DNA of 64,000 bases from Octopus sinensis (Eukaryota): positions 1,054,001 through 1,118,000 of the forward strand of contig NC_043005.1 in assembly GCF_006345805.1 (NCBI RefSeq), given 5' to 3'. Of this stretch, positions 12,653 to 24,577 are shown one piece after another. Made by a program: the position numbers and the translations under genes. Numbering within the stretch: position 1 is the first letter of the stretch; every line of letters starts with the position of its first letter. Below the pieces are notes generated by a model, which saw nothing but the letters and a program-made list of their open reading frames with translations, ran no database searches and was not told where the DNA came from.

Positions 12653-14204
12653 ATAAAAATCCATGTAATTTGCATACCTGTGTTAATTTACACAGGTTAT
12701 TTTCAAGATAAAAATTGTTAAAAATACCTTCTACTCATGTAAGATTTGCACCCAAAAGTTTTCAGAATTGCTGATATGGCCGAGGGGAAAAAAGGTTTTC
12801 AAGTTAGTTGTATTTAGCATAATTTCACTTACTTATGATTAGATTTTATTAAATTTTCATTAAATAAAAATAATTTCTGTTCAACAGGTATCACATTAAA
12901 ACTTATTAAATTACAAAGTGTTTGTGTTGTTTATAATAAACTTTATTTTACATTTCTTGCCCACAAGAGATTATGTCCGATCTTTAGCATACTGCTGTAT
13001 GCCTTCTTAAATCACGATCACAGGAAAAGTTGTTGATAATTCTTATCAACAAAAACAAAGCTGATAAATATGCACAGGTGTTGCAAAATAGTTTAATTAC
13101 CAATAAACATCAGCTTGGATGACACTTTACTCAACCGACAGAGGAAGGTGACCGATCAAACTGATTATGTAAACAGAATTCTGATTGGTCGAAAGTGTCT
13201 TCTTGTCTCAAGCTCTGATTTTCTGCCTATTCTTGTTGGAACCTTTGATATGGAGTATCAAAATTTTAATTCCTTTCACACTTACAAAATGTAAAGCAAG
13301 CTTAAGAATTTGTCATTACCATTTTAGCTGGGAGACCAAACTGATAGTTTGGTAACCCATTAAAACAAACATTAAAAATCGAAAGGAGAAAATAAACAGC
13401 TTTGCAAATTTAACTCAGTGTTTATTGAACAGGAGAGGTGCAAAATTTAAGAAGAGACTTGCTAGAATATACACGTCTGTGAGGGGACATAAAGAAGAAT
13501 AGCAAAAATCTACTCTACCAAAAGAACTGGTAATACATACATTACAAGTGTTCTACGAAGAGAACATGAGATTGCTGCAGAACTCGACATGAATGTGAAA
13601 CGACATTAAACATTGGATATGGTAAATGAAGGTTTCTGTAAACAGACCCCATAAAGTTCAAGAAGTCTTTGAACAAACTCCTTCAAGAAATCCTGGATTT
13701 TACCAGGTGGGGCTATTAAGTTAGGCATAACCAGGGCCAACATTGTCTGAAACCTATCAAAGTGTGTATGTGTAAAGAGGGGTATATACATAGAATTACA
13801 GATATAAAGATGCCTGACCATGCATAAATGGCCACGTGAATATAAACTTTACATAGAACACATACTTCTATAAATAGCAACTTCCTTGTATGGTATTACT
13901 CAGTCACTCTACCCTGACAGCTACAGGTTGCCTTCCTGTTCATGCCTCAATATAAAGACAGGAGAAATGATTAAAAATGACTTCCTTGTGTGGTATTTCT
14001 CAGCCACTCCACTTGGAGAGCAAGGGACAAATGATTAAAAATGAAAGTAAAGTATGTACACCTGCATAATTTACAGGTAATTATTAAATATCTAAAGCTC
14101 AAATCTTCATTGTTAATCTGAACATATTGCAAGGTGTGACTGAGAGCATATTTTCTGTGCAGGCTTGTGCATGCGTGTGTGTAAACATATGCATACATAA
14201 ACAT

Positions 14205-14229
14205 ACGTATACACACACACATGTACATA

Positions 14230-14288
<59 letters not shown>
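14205..14288. repeat. (CA)/(TA)n microsatellite
   Basis: Direct reading. Confidence 0.95.
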
Positions 14289-14289
<1 letters not shown>

Positions 14290-14290
<1 letters not shown>

Positions 14291-14612
14291 AAATTAACAG
14301 AATAAGATAAAAATCCAAGACTATAAAGATTTGAGAACATTTACAAACAGGACTTAGAGCTGTTTCCAGAATATTTTATATCTCCCTTCATCGGAGAAGG
14401 TGTGAGACAATGCTAAAGAAATAGTTATTCAAGATTAGATATGAAATAAGAGAATGAAGTGGAGAAATGAAAATAAACATAAAATATGGAGGGATATTGT
14501 GTCTTCAGTTCTATTATTTAGGCAGAATGGTATACGTATAAGATTCCTGTATCTTGAGATTAAGTTCCAATAGTACTTAAAATTGGTCACTCCAAGCATA
14601 GAGTGTGTAAAT
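14290..14612 (-). mobile_element. Penelope-like element (PLE) 3' fragment with hammerhead-like relic
   Basis: Minus-strand peptide [20 protein letters not shown] (14517-14576) resembles the PLE GIY-YIG C-terminus (LKIKESLYI...PxLN). It is followed by CCGATGA-stem-GGAAACAGCTCTAAG. Both flanks are TA repeats. Confidence 0.55.
14352..14397 (-). ncRNA. Degenerate minimal type I hammerhead ribozyme motif
   Basis: UCU CCGAUGA AGGGAGAUAU-AAA-AUAUUCUG GAAAC AGCUCU A AG. Core U4 is C, and the helix III palindrome ACAGCUGU has one change. Confidence 0.45.
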
Positions 14613-14622
14613 GGTGTTATTG

Positions 14623-14827
14623 ATATATATATATACACATATATACATATATATATATACATATACATATATACATATATATATATACACATACATATAT
14701 ACATATATATATATACATATACACATATATATATACATATACATATACATATATATACATATACATATATATATATATATATACATATATACATACATAT
14801 ATATATACATACATATACATATATACA

Positions 14828-14918
<91 letters not shown>

Positions 14919-14926
14919 ACATATAC

Positions 14927-14969
<43 letters not shown>

Positions 14970-14980
14970 TATATACATAC

Positions 14981-15035
<55 letters not shown>

Positions 15036-15056
15036 CACATAGATATATGTACATAT
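14623..15056. repeat. Expanded compound (TA)/(TACA)n microsatellite, ~430 bp
   Basis: Direct reading; source of the spurious I/Y/H/T ORFs. Confidence 0.97.
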
Positions 15057-15059
15057 ATT

Positions 15060-15106
15060 TATCATCATCATCATCGTTTAACGTCCGTTCTCCATGCTAG
15101 CATGGG
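15060..15106 (-). mobile_element. 3' tip of RTE LINE family
   Basis: (cat)n-cgtttaacgtccgttctccatgctagcatggg is identical to 61566-61612. Confidence 0.9.
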
Positions 15107-15123
15107 ATATATATATATATATA

Positions 15124-16926
15124 TTTTTTTTCTAGTTTCAGCTCAGAGCTGCGGCCATGCTGATGCACCGCCGTTTTGTGCTACACTGTTATTGCGACGA
15201 ACCTCGTCTAATATGTGGCACTTGGTGAAGAATGGAGTTTGATACAGCTACTCTCATTTGCACCTCTTGCCGTGAGGTAGGTTCATCTGGGACTCTTGAC
15301 AGGAAGATGTCCAGTTTTGATTTAAAAACCGCTACATCTACTTTGTGCAAGTTCCTCAGACTCTTTGGGAGAATATTAACAAGCTGTGGGCCCTTGAAAC
15401 CCAGGCTGTTGCAGAAGCTGGTCCTGAAGCGTGATGGCATTGCTGGGATCTTTGGCACTATGCAGTGTCGTCCCGTTCTAGCATTGGTGTAGCTTACAAT
15501 GGCAAAATTTGGCACAATTCCTTCCAGGATCTTCCAGACATATATTACTGCATACCTCTCCCGTCTTCTCTCCAGGGAGTAGAGTCTTAGCTGTTTCAAC
15601 CTTTTCCAGTAGCTGAGCTGTTGCAAAGAGACGATCTTCTTTGTGAATCTTCTCTGGATTGCTTCAAGGTCCTCTGTTAATTTTACACTGGTGGGTGACC
15701 ATAGCTGTGAGCAGTAATCCAGGCAGCTGAGGACGAATGTCCGCCAGAGGACCATCATGGTTTCCTTATCTCTGGTTCTGAATGTTCTCAGGATCCACCC
15801 AGCCAGTTGTCTGCACTTTGTTGCCATCCTGGTAATGTGCACTTGGAAAGAGGTATCATCACTCATGTCGATACCCAGGTCCCTCACACACTTAGGCTCT
15901 GGGATTGAAATTCCCTGTGGACCGGTGTATCCTGTAAGTTTAATATTCAGCTTTGGATGCTGGTAGCGCAGGGCCTGGAATTCTTCAGCATTAAACTGCA
16001 TATTATTATCCTCAGCCCATCTGTAGATTGAGTCCAACTCCTGCTGCAGGTGTGCAACATCGCTGGGGTTCTGAATTTTCTGCAAGACTTTCGTATCGTC
16101 TGCATAGCTTGCCAGAGTGGCTATCTGGGCATTTGAGGGCATATCTGAGAGGGCCACTATAAAAAGCAGTGGTCCCAAGACAGTGCCCTGTGGAACACCG
16201 CTCACTATTTGTGTGTTCATAGAGGTGGCTCCATTAACCACTACTGCCTGACTCCTATCTTTCAGGAAGTCATGCAACCACACTCCAAGTTTTCCAGCTA
16301 TGCCGAGGTCACGTAGTTTGTGGCATATCATACCATGATCCACCTTGTCAAAAGCTTTTGCAAAATCAAGGTAGATTACGTCCACATTTGATCTGTTGAG
16401 TAACTGCCTCAACACCCAGTCATAATGCTGTAAGAGCTGGGTCAGGCAGCTCCTACCTGGTCGAAAACCATGCTGGGTATTACTCAGCAAGTTATTTTCC
16501 TCAAGGAATGCGATTAGTTTCCCTCTGACTATCCATTCCATGACTTTGCTGATGTGTGAAGTCAGAGAGATAGGCCTATAGTTTTTGGCATCTGCTCTAC
16601 TTCCCCCTTTATGTATTGGGCATATTATTCCCTCCTTCAGCTTGCTTGGCAGTTTGCCATTTGCAAGAAAGCTCTGGAAGAAAATCTTGAGGGGTTTTGC
16701 CAGGGCATGCTTGCACGCTTTGAGGAGGATGGCTGGGAAACCATCTGGACCAGCAGCTGAGTTTGTGTCCACTTCATCTATGGCAAGTAAGACATCTTTT
16801 TCGCTAATGTCAATACATTCTATTGTAACCGCCTCACTGGTTATAGGTGAGGCGGCAAAGAAGTCCACTTGTCTGTGTTCCAATGGGGTGGTAAAGACAC
16901 TTTTGAACTGGTCATTCAGCATCTCA
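15124..16926 (-). mobile_element. 5'-truncated CR1-like LINE with uninterrupted RT-region ORF
   Basis: ORF 15189-16921 has no stops and contains [54 protein letters not shown] and SLERRRERY. Short 3' UTR with stem-loop and A tail. Endonuclease absent. Confidence 0.95.
15189..16921 (-). CDS. CR1-like LINE ORF2 reverse transcriptase, 5'-truncated (~577 codons; no own start codon)
   Basis: RT motifs including YADD in the supplied 746-aa ORF. Its N-terminal ~170 aa are microsatellite artefact. Confidence 0.8.
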
Positions 16927-16930
16927 TATA

Positions 16931-16985
<55 letters not shown>

Positions 16986-17317
16986 ACATATATATATACA
17001 CACACACATATATATATACATATATATATACATACATATACATATATATATACATATGTATACATATATATATATATACATATATATACATATGTATACA
17101 TATATATATATATACATATATATACATATGTATACATATATATGATATATATATACATATATACATATATATACATATGTATACATATATATGATATATA
17201 TATACATATATACGTGTGTATATATATATATATACACACATATACATATGTATACATATACATATGTATATATATATATATACATATATACGTATATATA
17301 TATATATACATATATAC

Positions 17318-17368
<51 letters not shown>

Positions 17369-17392
17369 AACACATATATATATTTGTATATA
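16927..17392. repeat. Expanded compound (TA)/(TACA)n microsatellite
   Basis: Direct reading. Confidence 0.97.
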
Positions 17393-17394
17393 AA

Positions 17395-17586
17395 GTTAAT
17401 CCAAACATGAAAACACAAAGAGAAAACACAACAACGCGAGGATGTGGAACAAGTATAGTGTTATTGGACGCTCAGGAAAGAAGGAGGATATAACGTTTCG
17501 AGTGGAGCTCTTCGTCAGAAACATAGTAGAAGGAAAGATCCAAGGAAGGGAAGACGGAGGAAAAAAATCGCCAATGATACATACAC

Positions 17587-17590
<4 letters not shown>
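17395..17590 (-). mobile_element. Probable Penelope-like terminal-repeat fragment
   Basis: CpG-containing island between TA tracts carrying a CTGACGA...CGAAACGTT motif. No coding sequence seen, so the PLE assignment rests on the motif. Confidence 0.45.
17488..17522 (-). ncRNA. Minimal type I hammerhead ribozyme motif (intact core, weak helices)
   Basis: GUUU CUGACGA A GAG-CUCCA-CUC GAAA C GUU AUAU. Helix III is the palindrome ACGU; helix I has one mismatch. Confidence 0.55.
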
Positions 17591-17592
<2 letters not shown>

Positions 17593-17627
<35 letters not shown>

Positions 17628-17680
17628 TATATATATACATATATATATAAAGAGATATTTATATATATATATATATATAA
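17593..17680. repeat. (TA)/(CA)n microsatellite
   Basis: Direct reading. Confidence 0.9.
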
Positions 17681-17859
17681 TTTGAAGACAGGAAACAATT
17701 GTAGTGGCGATTTATTTACTTTATATTAAAATTTTTTTATGTATTGATTAAGTCTTTCCTTGTTTGATTTACAAAATAGTGGTTTTGTCTCTAATTAATA
17801 TTATATATATATATATATAAACATTTTGGAATTTATTGCATTTTTAAATTTTGGAATCT

Positions 17860-18808
17860 ATTTTGTTTTTTTCTAGTTAAGTTTAGTTAATTTTTGTTTA
17901 TCTTCAGATCATTAAAATGGAATGTTAAGTTAGAAAAACGAGCATTTTGACACCTCCTCCTTTTTGCTTTTAATCAAGGTTCTAAGGCTGCAAAAGCAGA
18001 GAAAATGGAATGCTCCCACACTGCTATAGAGAAGCATCTTCACTCGATGGAGAAGGTTCAGAAGTATAGAGCATGGGTTCTGCATGCTTTAAGTGACAAC
18101 AACAAAAATCAACGAGCCACAATCTCCGCTGGTTTGCTTGCTCATCACCGCTTAACACATGGACCCAAGCAACGATTTCTTTACCGGATCGTTACTGGCA
18201 ATGAAAAATGGAGCCTGTACATCAATATGAAGCAGCGTAAGGAATGGCTTAGCCTCAGTAAACAAGATCTTCATCTGCGTAAAGCGATGTTGTGCATATG
18301 GTGGGACTGGGAAGGGATTATCCATTACGAATTGCTTGAATGGAACCAAACGGTCAATGCAAAACTCTATGTTCAACAGATGGAACGACTCAACATGGCT
18401 ATTCAAGAGAAAAGACCTAATTGGCAGCATGGAGTTCTGCTGCTGCACGACAACGCCCGCCCTCATATCGCCAATATGACCAAGGAAGCCATTCAAACGC
18501 ATGGCTGGGAAGTGCTGCCACACCCTCCATACTCTCCTGATGTGGCACCAATGAATTTCCAGCTCTTTCGATCTCTTTCAAATGCTATGTGTGGAGTTTC
18601 GTTCAATATTGATGCAGAATTGAGAGCTTGGTTGGATCAATTTTTGGAGTCAAAAATCAAGTGATTTCTACCAATGAGGTATTGAAAATCTCGTTGAACA
18701 TTGGGAAGAAGTTGTAAACAACAATGGTGAATATATTATTGATTAATTAGTTGTTATTTTTTATTAAACCTTTTAAAAAATGGCGGGAATTTAGTTGCCA
18801 AACTAATA
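17860..18808 (+). mobile_element. Defective mariner (DD34D-type) transposon
   Basis: Transposase relic from ATG 17917 to TAA 18746 with WVLHAL, TGNEKW, HDNARPH and HPPYSPDVAP. 3' TIR-like aaaatggcgggaatttagttgccaaactaa followed by TA. 5' TIR not found. Confidence 0.93.
17917..18746 (+). pseudogene. Mariner transposase pseudogene
   Basis: Early stop and frameshift, HTH region shortened, first and third catalytic D replaced by N, premature stop at 18662-18664. Confidence 0.9.
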
Positions 18809-18819
18809 AATTCTCACCA

Positions 18820-20170
18820 GAAATGGGATAGAGAGATTCTTGTAAATGCAAAGTCTTTCTCAGGGAAAGGATGTACAATCTAATATAGATTAGTGGTTAG
18901 TGACTTCAAGCTCAGAGCTAGAAGGACTCAAAGAAATAGACCAGTCTGGAAAAGAAAAACATGGAAACTCAAAGACCCAGCAAATAGATACTTCCAGCAA
19001 AAAAGCAGAGGAGTTAGAGATATATGGCATAGAAGACCTAATCTGTGGCTGCTACAAAGTCTGGCCAAACTGAGGATAATGTGATGCAGGGAACAATGAG
19101 GTAGACAGAGTTGCAGAAGTGAACGGATATGCCTGAAAAGATTGGAAGAATGGGGGTAATAAAGAAATATAGAAGGTAACAAGGAGGGAAGTTAGGCAAC
19201 AGGTTTACATAGCAAAAAGAAAAGCAGAATGGAGGAGATTTGTCACTGTTCTGCAGTGTGAGGATGAGAGGCATGAGGTGTTGCAGAGCATGAGGCACTA
19301 TTGTCATCATCGTCGTTTAATGTTCAGTTTCCATACTGACATGGATTGGATGGTTTGACAGGAGCTGACAAGCTAGAAGACAGCCTAAAGTTTCTCGGAC
19401 TAGATGCCGTTCCTAACACCAACCAATTTACAGAGCATACAGGATACTTTTTACATGGCACCAGAGAAAATGATGTTGTGGGTGAAAAGCATGTGATGAT
19501 GGATGATGGTCCATTTGCACTTGGAGACTCTGAAGAGGAAAGAAGCAAGGAAGAAGTGCTACTATGAAAGACTATTATTAAATGTGGAGAATGTGAGGGA
19601 GAAAGAAGATCATCCTAATGTGAACCCAACAGAAGGACAAAGAATCTAAGTTAACAGCAGTAAGATAAACAAGGCAATTAAAGGCATAAAGACAGGATCA
19701 GGAAAATGCTGATGGTTATGTGGAATAGGATGTGGCCTCATAACTCATATTGTGAATCACGTTGTACAGGAAATGATCAAACTCAGTGATTCGAGTAGCA
19801 GCATGATGGTTAGCTTTTGCAACGGTAAAGGAGAAGCTTTAGATAAAAGTAAATAGAGGGGTATCAGTTTGCAGGAGCAGGTCATGAAAGTTAGAAAGAG
19901 AGACTTACAGCCTGATTAATTAGGAAAAGAATTAACCTAAATGAGAGACAGTTTGGTGCTAGGGAGAAATATTACGGGGACCATATTCCTCGGAAGACAA
20001 CTGCAGGAGAAATATTTGGCAAAACATCGACCAAAGTGTATGGCATTCATTGACTTGGAGAAAACCTTCAACAGGGTCACTTGTTCTATGATGCGTAGTG
20101 TCTGAAGGGGCCGGGGGTAGACAACAGGTAGTTCTATCAGACAAGTGAGAGTCATGAGCAAAGCAATGAA
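18820..20170 (+). pseudogene. Decayed RTE LINE ORF2 (linker-RT region), interrupted at 19304-19462
   Basis: LVVSDFKLRARR..WKRKTWKLKDP, RENDVVGEK..DDG, GKGEALD..RGISL and LQEKYLAK..AFIDLEKTF. Confidence 0.85.
19304..19462 (-). mobile_element. RTE-tail short element inserted into older RTE copy
   Basis: (cat)n-cgtttaatgttcagtttccat...gatgccgttcctaacaccaacc. RTE coding homology resumes immediately after it. Confidence 0.75.
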
Positions 20171-20409
20171 TTTAGAGTAGACATAGGAATTCGCCAAAGT
20201 TTGCTTCTCAGTTTCCTCCTGTTTGTTTTCTCTCCTCAATAACAAGACAGTCTTTCTCCACACCAATGAAACACATTAGGAAAATGACTTCAAGGTTTTT
20301 AGAAACCTTGTAAACATTCTTGTCAATGAGGAAATACTACCAACAATAGGCATAATACACACACATGTATATGGCAACCTCATTGGTGCCTCTAGCCTAA
20401 AAAAACAGA

Positions 20410-20590
20410 ACAGCCAACACATGCTGTGAAGTGGTTGGAGTTAGGAGAGGTGCCTAACTGTGGGCACCTTGCCAAAGCAGACATTGGAGCTTGACTGATG
20501 CAGCTCTGCAGTGAGCAAAATCCAGTCAAACTGTCCAGTATGGCAAAATGGCCATTGAATGAGGAGGAGATATATGTGAGTGTGCGCACA
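20410..20590 (+). mobile_element. Decayed RTE-tail-type short repeat
   Basis: gtgaagtggttggagttaggagaggtg...ccagtcaaactgtccagtatgg is a degenerate copy of the RTE 3' UTR. Confidence 0.5.
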
Positions 20591-20840
20591 CACCTTAAAT
20601 ATGATTAATAACTTTTCAGATGCCTCCGATTGCCAAAAGTGAGACAAATGACTATTGCACTTGCAGGAGATAAATGAGAAAGACTAATACAGATTAGCCA
20701 TTGCCCCTCTTCTTGAAATGTAAGCACACACACACGCACACACACACATGCACACACACACACACGCATGCACGCACACACACACACACATTTACACTTG
20801 CATGTGTGTATGAGTTGTGTGATTCTAACATCCAAGAAGA

Positions 20841-21690
20841 TACCCAAAGCTGACTAGAAATATTCTTTGTTGGACAAGCCTGTTGTAGTTCAGGCTTCTG
20901 ACACTAGAGGCCACTTGATGCAACCGTTGGGCATCAATCTGCCGACCAGCACTATTGTGTGAGGTCGTGTGGTTTGTCTTTATTTTACAGTGCTTCTCCC
21001 CTGTTCTTCAATTTTTGTGACGACTGAAACAAAGGAACCGCGTGCTTCTGTGAAATTCTGTTTTCTGCTGGGGAAAACCACGACCGAAACTGTTGTCATG
21101 CTTCGAACAACTTAAAAGGGTGCTGCCATGAGCAAAACACAAGTTTACGAGTGGTTTCCATGCTTTAGGAATGGTCATTTGAAGACCAGCCTTGTTCAGG
21201 ACGACCTGAACGAATGAAAACGTCATGAAAATTCCTGAACTAATCTTGGTCAACCATCACAAGACAATTGATGAACTTTCTGATACGACTGGTGTTTCCC
21301 GGAGCTCCTGCCAACAAATTCCAAGTGAGGAATTGTGAATGGAAAAAGTTGCAGCAAAATTTGTGCCACACTTACTCACAGAAGATCGGAAACAGTCACA
21401 ACTGAATGCATGTCATGGAACTGAAAGAACAGCCGGAAGTTGATCCGGACCTTTTTTTCGAAGGTCATCACTGGTGACGAAAACTGGTGCTACGGAATTT
21501 GCAGATGTGGAAGAGGTGAAGAAAAGAACGACGGAGGTGTTAAAAGACATCACTTCACTAGAGTTGCAGCTCAGAACATTGGAAAACACACCTGGACTGA
21601 TGCATTGCTTCCAATGAATACTTTAAAGGTGATAAACATGTAAAACTAAGTCAATAAAATAATACTGCAAAATTCTGGTTTCATTTTATA
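20841..21690 (+). mobile_element. Internally deleted mariner (second subfamily)
   Basis: Relic peptides ASVKFCFLLGK, MSKTQVYEWF, VAAKFVP and SKVITGDENWCYG, then a jump to FADVEEVKK...EYFKGD*. The DDD core is deleted; termini degenerate. Confidence 0.88.
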
Positions 21691-24166
21691 ATTCAATTAA
21701 AAATTCTTACGAAGAAAAGATTTTTTTCTATTTTTATTTTATTTTTGTACAGGGAAGAAGGGTACAACAATAACAACTACAACGCACTTTAAAAAAAAAC
21801 ATAGATTCCCCCCCACTCTTGCTACCACAAAAAAAACAAAACAAACAAAAAAAAAAACAAAGTAAAACAGAAATGAGTAGGTAGCAATGAAATTTGAAAT
21901 TATGCCTTTGGAAGTTAGAAATAAATATTTCTAGAAATGAAACTATGATTCAAATATGGAAGAAAGCTAATGTTGGGGATTCCAGATTATCTGAAGTGCT
22001 TTCCACAGAAACTTGCAAGTAATGAGTCAGAAATGAAGAGTTCTAAATAAATGAGTCAGCCTTGCTAAAGAATAGATTTGAATAGAGAGGGGGGGGAGGG
22101 AATGATTGAGTTCCACTTGCTTTAGTTCTCATTCTTTTTCTTGTCCTCAACTGAACTTGGCTGTAAGTAGTCATCTATGACTAATATGTGCATTTAAAAG
22201 AGTACAAACGTGTGAATGAATGTTATGTGTATTGTGTGGGGGCAGAAATAGCATGAAATGCTTTCAAAGTAACAGGGAATTGTGTGTGGTATGCGATGAC
22301 ATAGTGAATGATGTAGCAGCATCTGACATAATGATTCAGCGGTTATTGCATATAATGGCTAAGGTGTTGTGTAATGTGTGGAAAGATGCACATGAAAATA
22401 CAAATGTGGTTATTATTAAAAGCCTCACCCCGACCTCTATTCTATCAAGGTTTGGTAATGTTTAGAGATTTAAATCAATACATATAGAGCCAAGTAGATA
22501 TTTCACAGCTGGGTGTCCTATTGGCAATGGCATGAGGCACTAACAATCTGTGTAACTTAACTATTTCCTCTTCATGCTAAATTTTCTAAGTGATTTCTTT
22601 CTTACAAAAATCAAAATCATACAGAATCGCCTGAGTGAGACGTAATGCTTATGTTGACAGGAATTACTGTTTTAAGGAACATTGTATTGACAGAAAAGCA
22701 GAATAACAATGTTTTGTTGTAGAGAAGGCAATGGAATAGAATAGCTGTCTCACACATTCAGCTTAGGTATCCCAGGAAATCCTTTTCTGTTACCAACAAT
22801 TCATGTGCTTATAGACTTTTGGACAGCATCATTGGAATGAGAAGTCCCACCAGCTGACCAAAACACAAATGGGCTCAGATTTAATTACTGGTATTATACT
22901 GAATACCTTGATTAACCAGTGACTTGTTTCAACTCAGAATTATCTCAAGTGTTTAAATTTGTTATAACCTAATCAAGAAGAGGGGTTACCCAAGGGACTG
23001 GTAATGTTAAAATGGGTAACTAAAAAGGGATAAATGCCAGCACTGAGAGATGGTTTTTATCAGTTAATATATCAAACCCAGGTATGATAATTAAACCTTA
23101 ATCAGATTTTCTTAAGATTATTATTTGCTAAGAAGGTTTCTTGCCATTACAAAAATCATTGTCGGATATTTTTGAAATCTTTTATTGAAATGTAATTATT
23201 ACACTCTGCATGTTTTATTTTTAATCTGAATGTGATTTGCAGTTGCTTCAAATTGCATACAACCATCTCGTCTGTGAGCAATGATCGTATTTGAAGTGAA
23301 TTAACAACAGGACAGACCTTTGTATGATTTAATGTTATGAAAACAAATCTTGTTTGATATGAATTCAAATTGCATTAATTTCTGTGAAGTGAGGCAAGCA
23401 GCATTTGCTAAAACTTCAAAGGATTGAGATTTGAAAATACTTCTTACTTAAATGAGCTGATGATAGTAAGAAAGTATAAAGGTCACAGTTGTGGACAGTT
23501 GTATATGCATGTTTGGTGGGAAGAAAAGAGCAAAAGAAAATTAATTAGGTTTCTAAAATTAGCCAATTAACTATTTCTGAAAGAAAGTTGTGTGTGTGTG
23601 TGAGCATGTGTGTGTGCATTATATAATTCCTTTATGTAAGACACAATTCACCAATATATTTTTGTCACAACCCTAATAATTCTACATTGATGCCGCTAGG
23701 ATCTAAGTGGGGTTGTCTGTGGCAGATATTGGTGACTGAATTTCTTTTAATTTATTAATATCTATTTTCACAAGGTAAAGCTAACTCTAACAGGATGTTT
23801 GGGAAAACTAGAGAGTTTAGATCACTTAGACAAGTGGTGAATTTATAATAGCAAATACAATCTAACAATCGCAATATTAAAAAAAAAATTCACTTAATTA
23901 AGAATTAAGCCCTGGATTAATGAGAGGGAATAGATTGTTGGAATGTTCATGTCAGCCTCACTGACAAATATGTGATGCAGCACAAAACTGTCAATTTAAA
24001 GCCAATCTTAGCTTAACTTTCAATAACAATGCTTTTATTTTCTAATGGAGGGAAAAACATGCTACATTACAATGCAGCACAAAAACAATGCATTTAAGTA
24101 ATTATAGAAATGGGTGTAACACAGATAATTAACAAACAGATATCAATGTAAACATTTAATTATATA

Positions 24167-24535
24167 TCATCATCATTTAATGTCCGTTGTCCATGGGTTA
24201 GACAGTGGGACCAGGGCTGGTAAGCTGAGGGGGCTGCACCAGACTCCACTCTGATTTGGCATGGTTTCTATGGTTGGATGCTCTTCCAAATGCCAACCAC
24301 TCCAAATGTGTAATGGGTGTTTTTACGTATCACTGGCATGGGTGCCAGTTGTGACTCTTCAGTATCTGCCATGACTATGATTTCATTTGGCTTGAGGGGT
24401 CTTCAACTCAAGCACGGCATGTTGCTAAACATCTCAGTCATTTGTCATTGCTTCCATGAGGCCCAACACTTGAAAGGTGCTTTTTACATGCCACCAGCAT
24501 GGGTGCTAGTCACACGACACCAGCATTGACCATGA
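24167..24535 (-). mobile_element. Non-autonomous rearranged RTE 3' derivative (same junction as 7620-7986)
   Basis: (cat)n tail, 3' UTR, ORF2-tail homology, then UTR subrepeat joined at gaggcccaacacttgaaaggtgctttttac. Confidence 0.85.
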
Positions 24536-24577
24536 ATAGGTAAATAAGAGAAATATACGAATACTCAAAATAAGGGT

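Noticed and set aside
12650-13900. Possible decayed DNA transposon starting taccataaaaatccatgtaatttg
   Set aside because: No matching inverted terminus or recognisable transposase motif found by eye.
14435-17729. Many long ORFs rich in I/Y/H/T/C/V/M (also at 46484-46869, 45571-45792 and 13971-14340)
   Set aside because: They are translations of TA/TACA microsatellites, which lack stop codons in some frames. The N-terminal ~170 aa of the 746-aa ORF is the same artefact.
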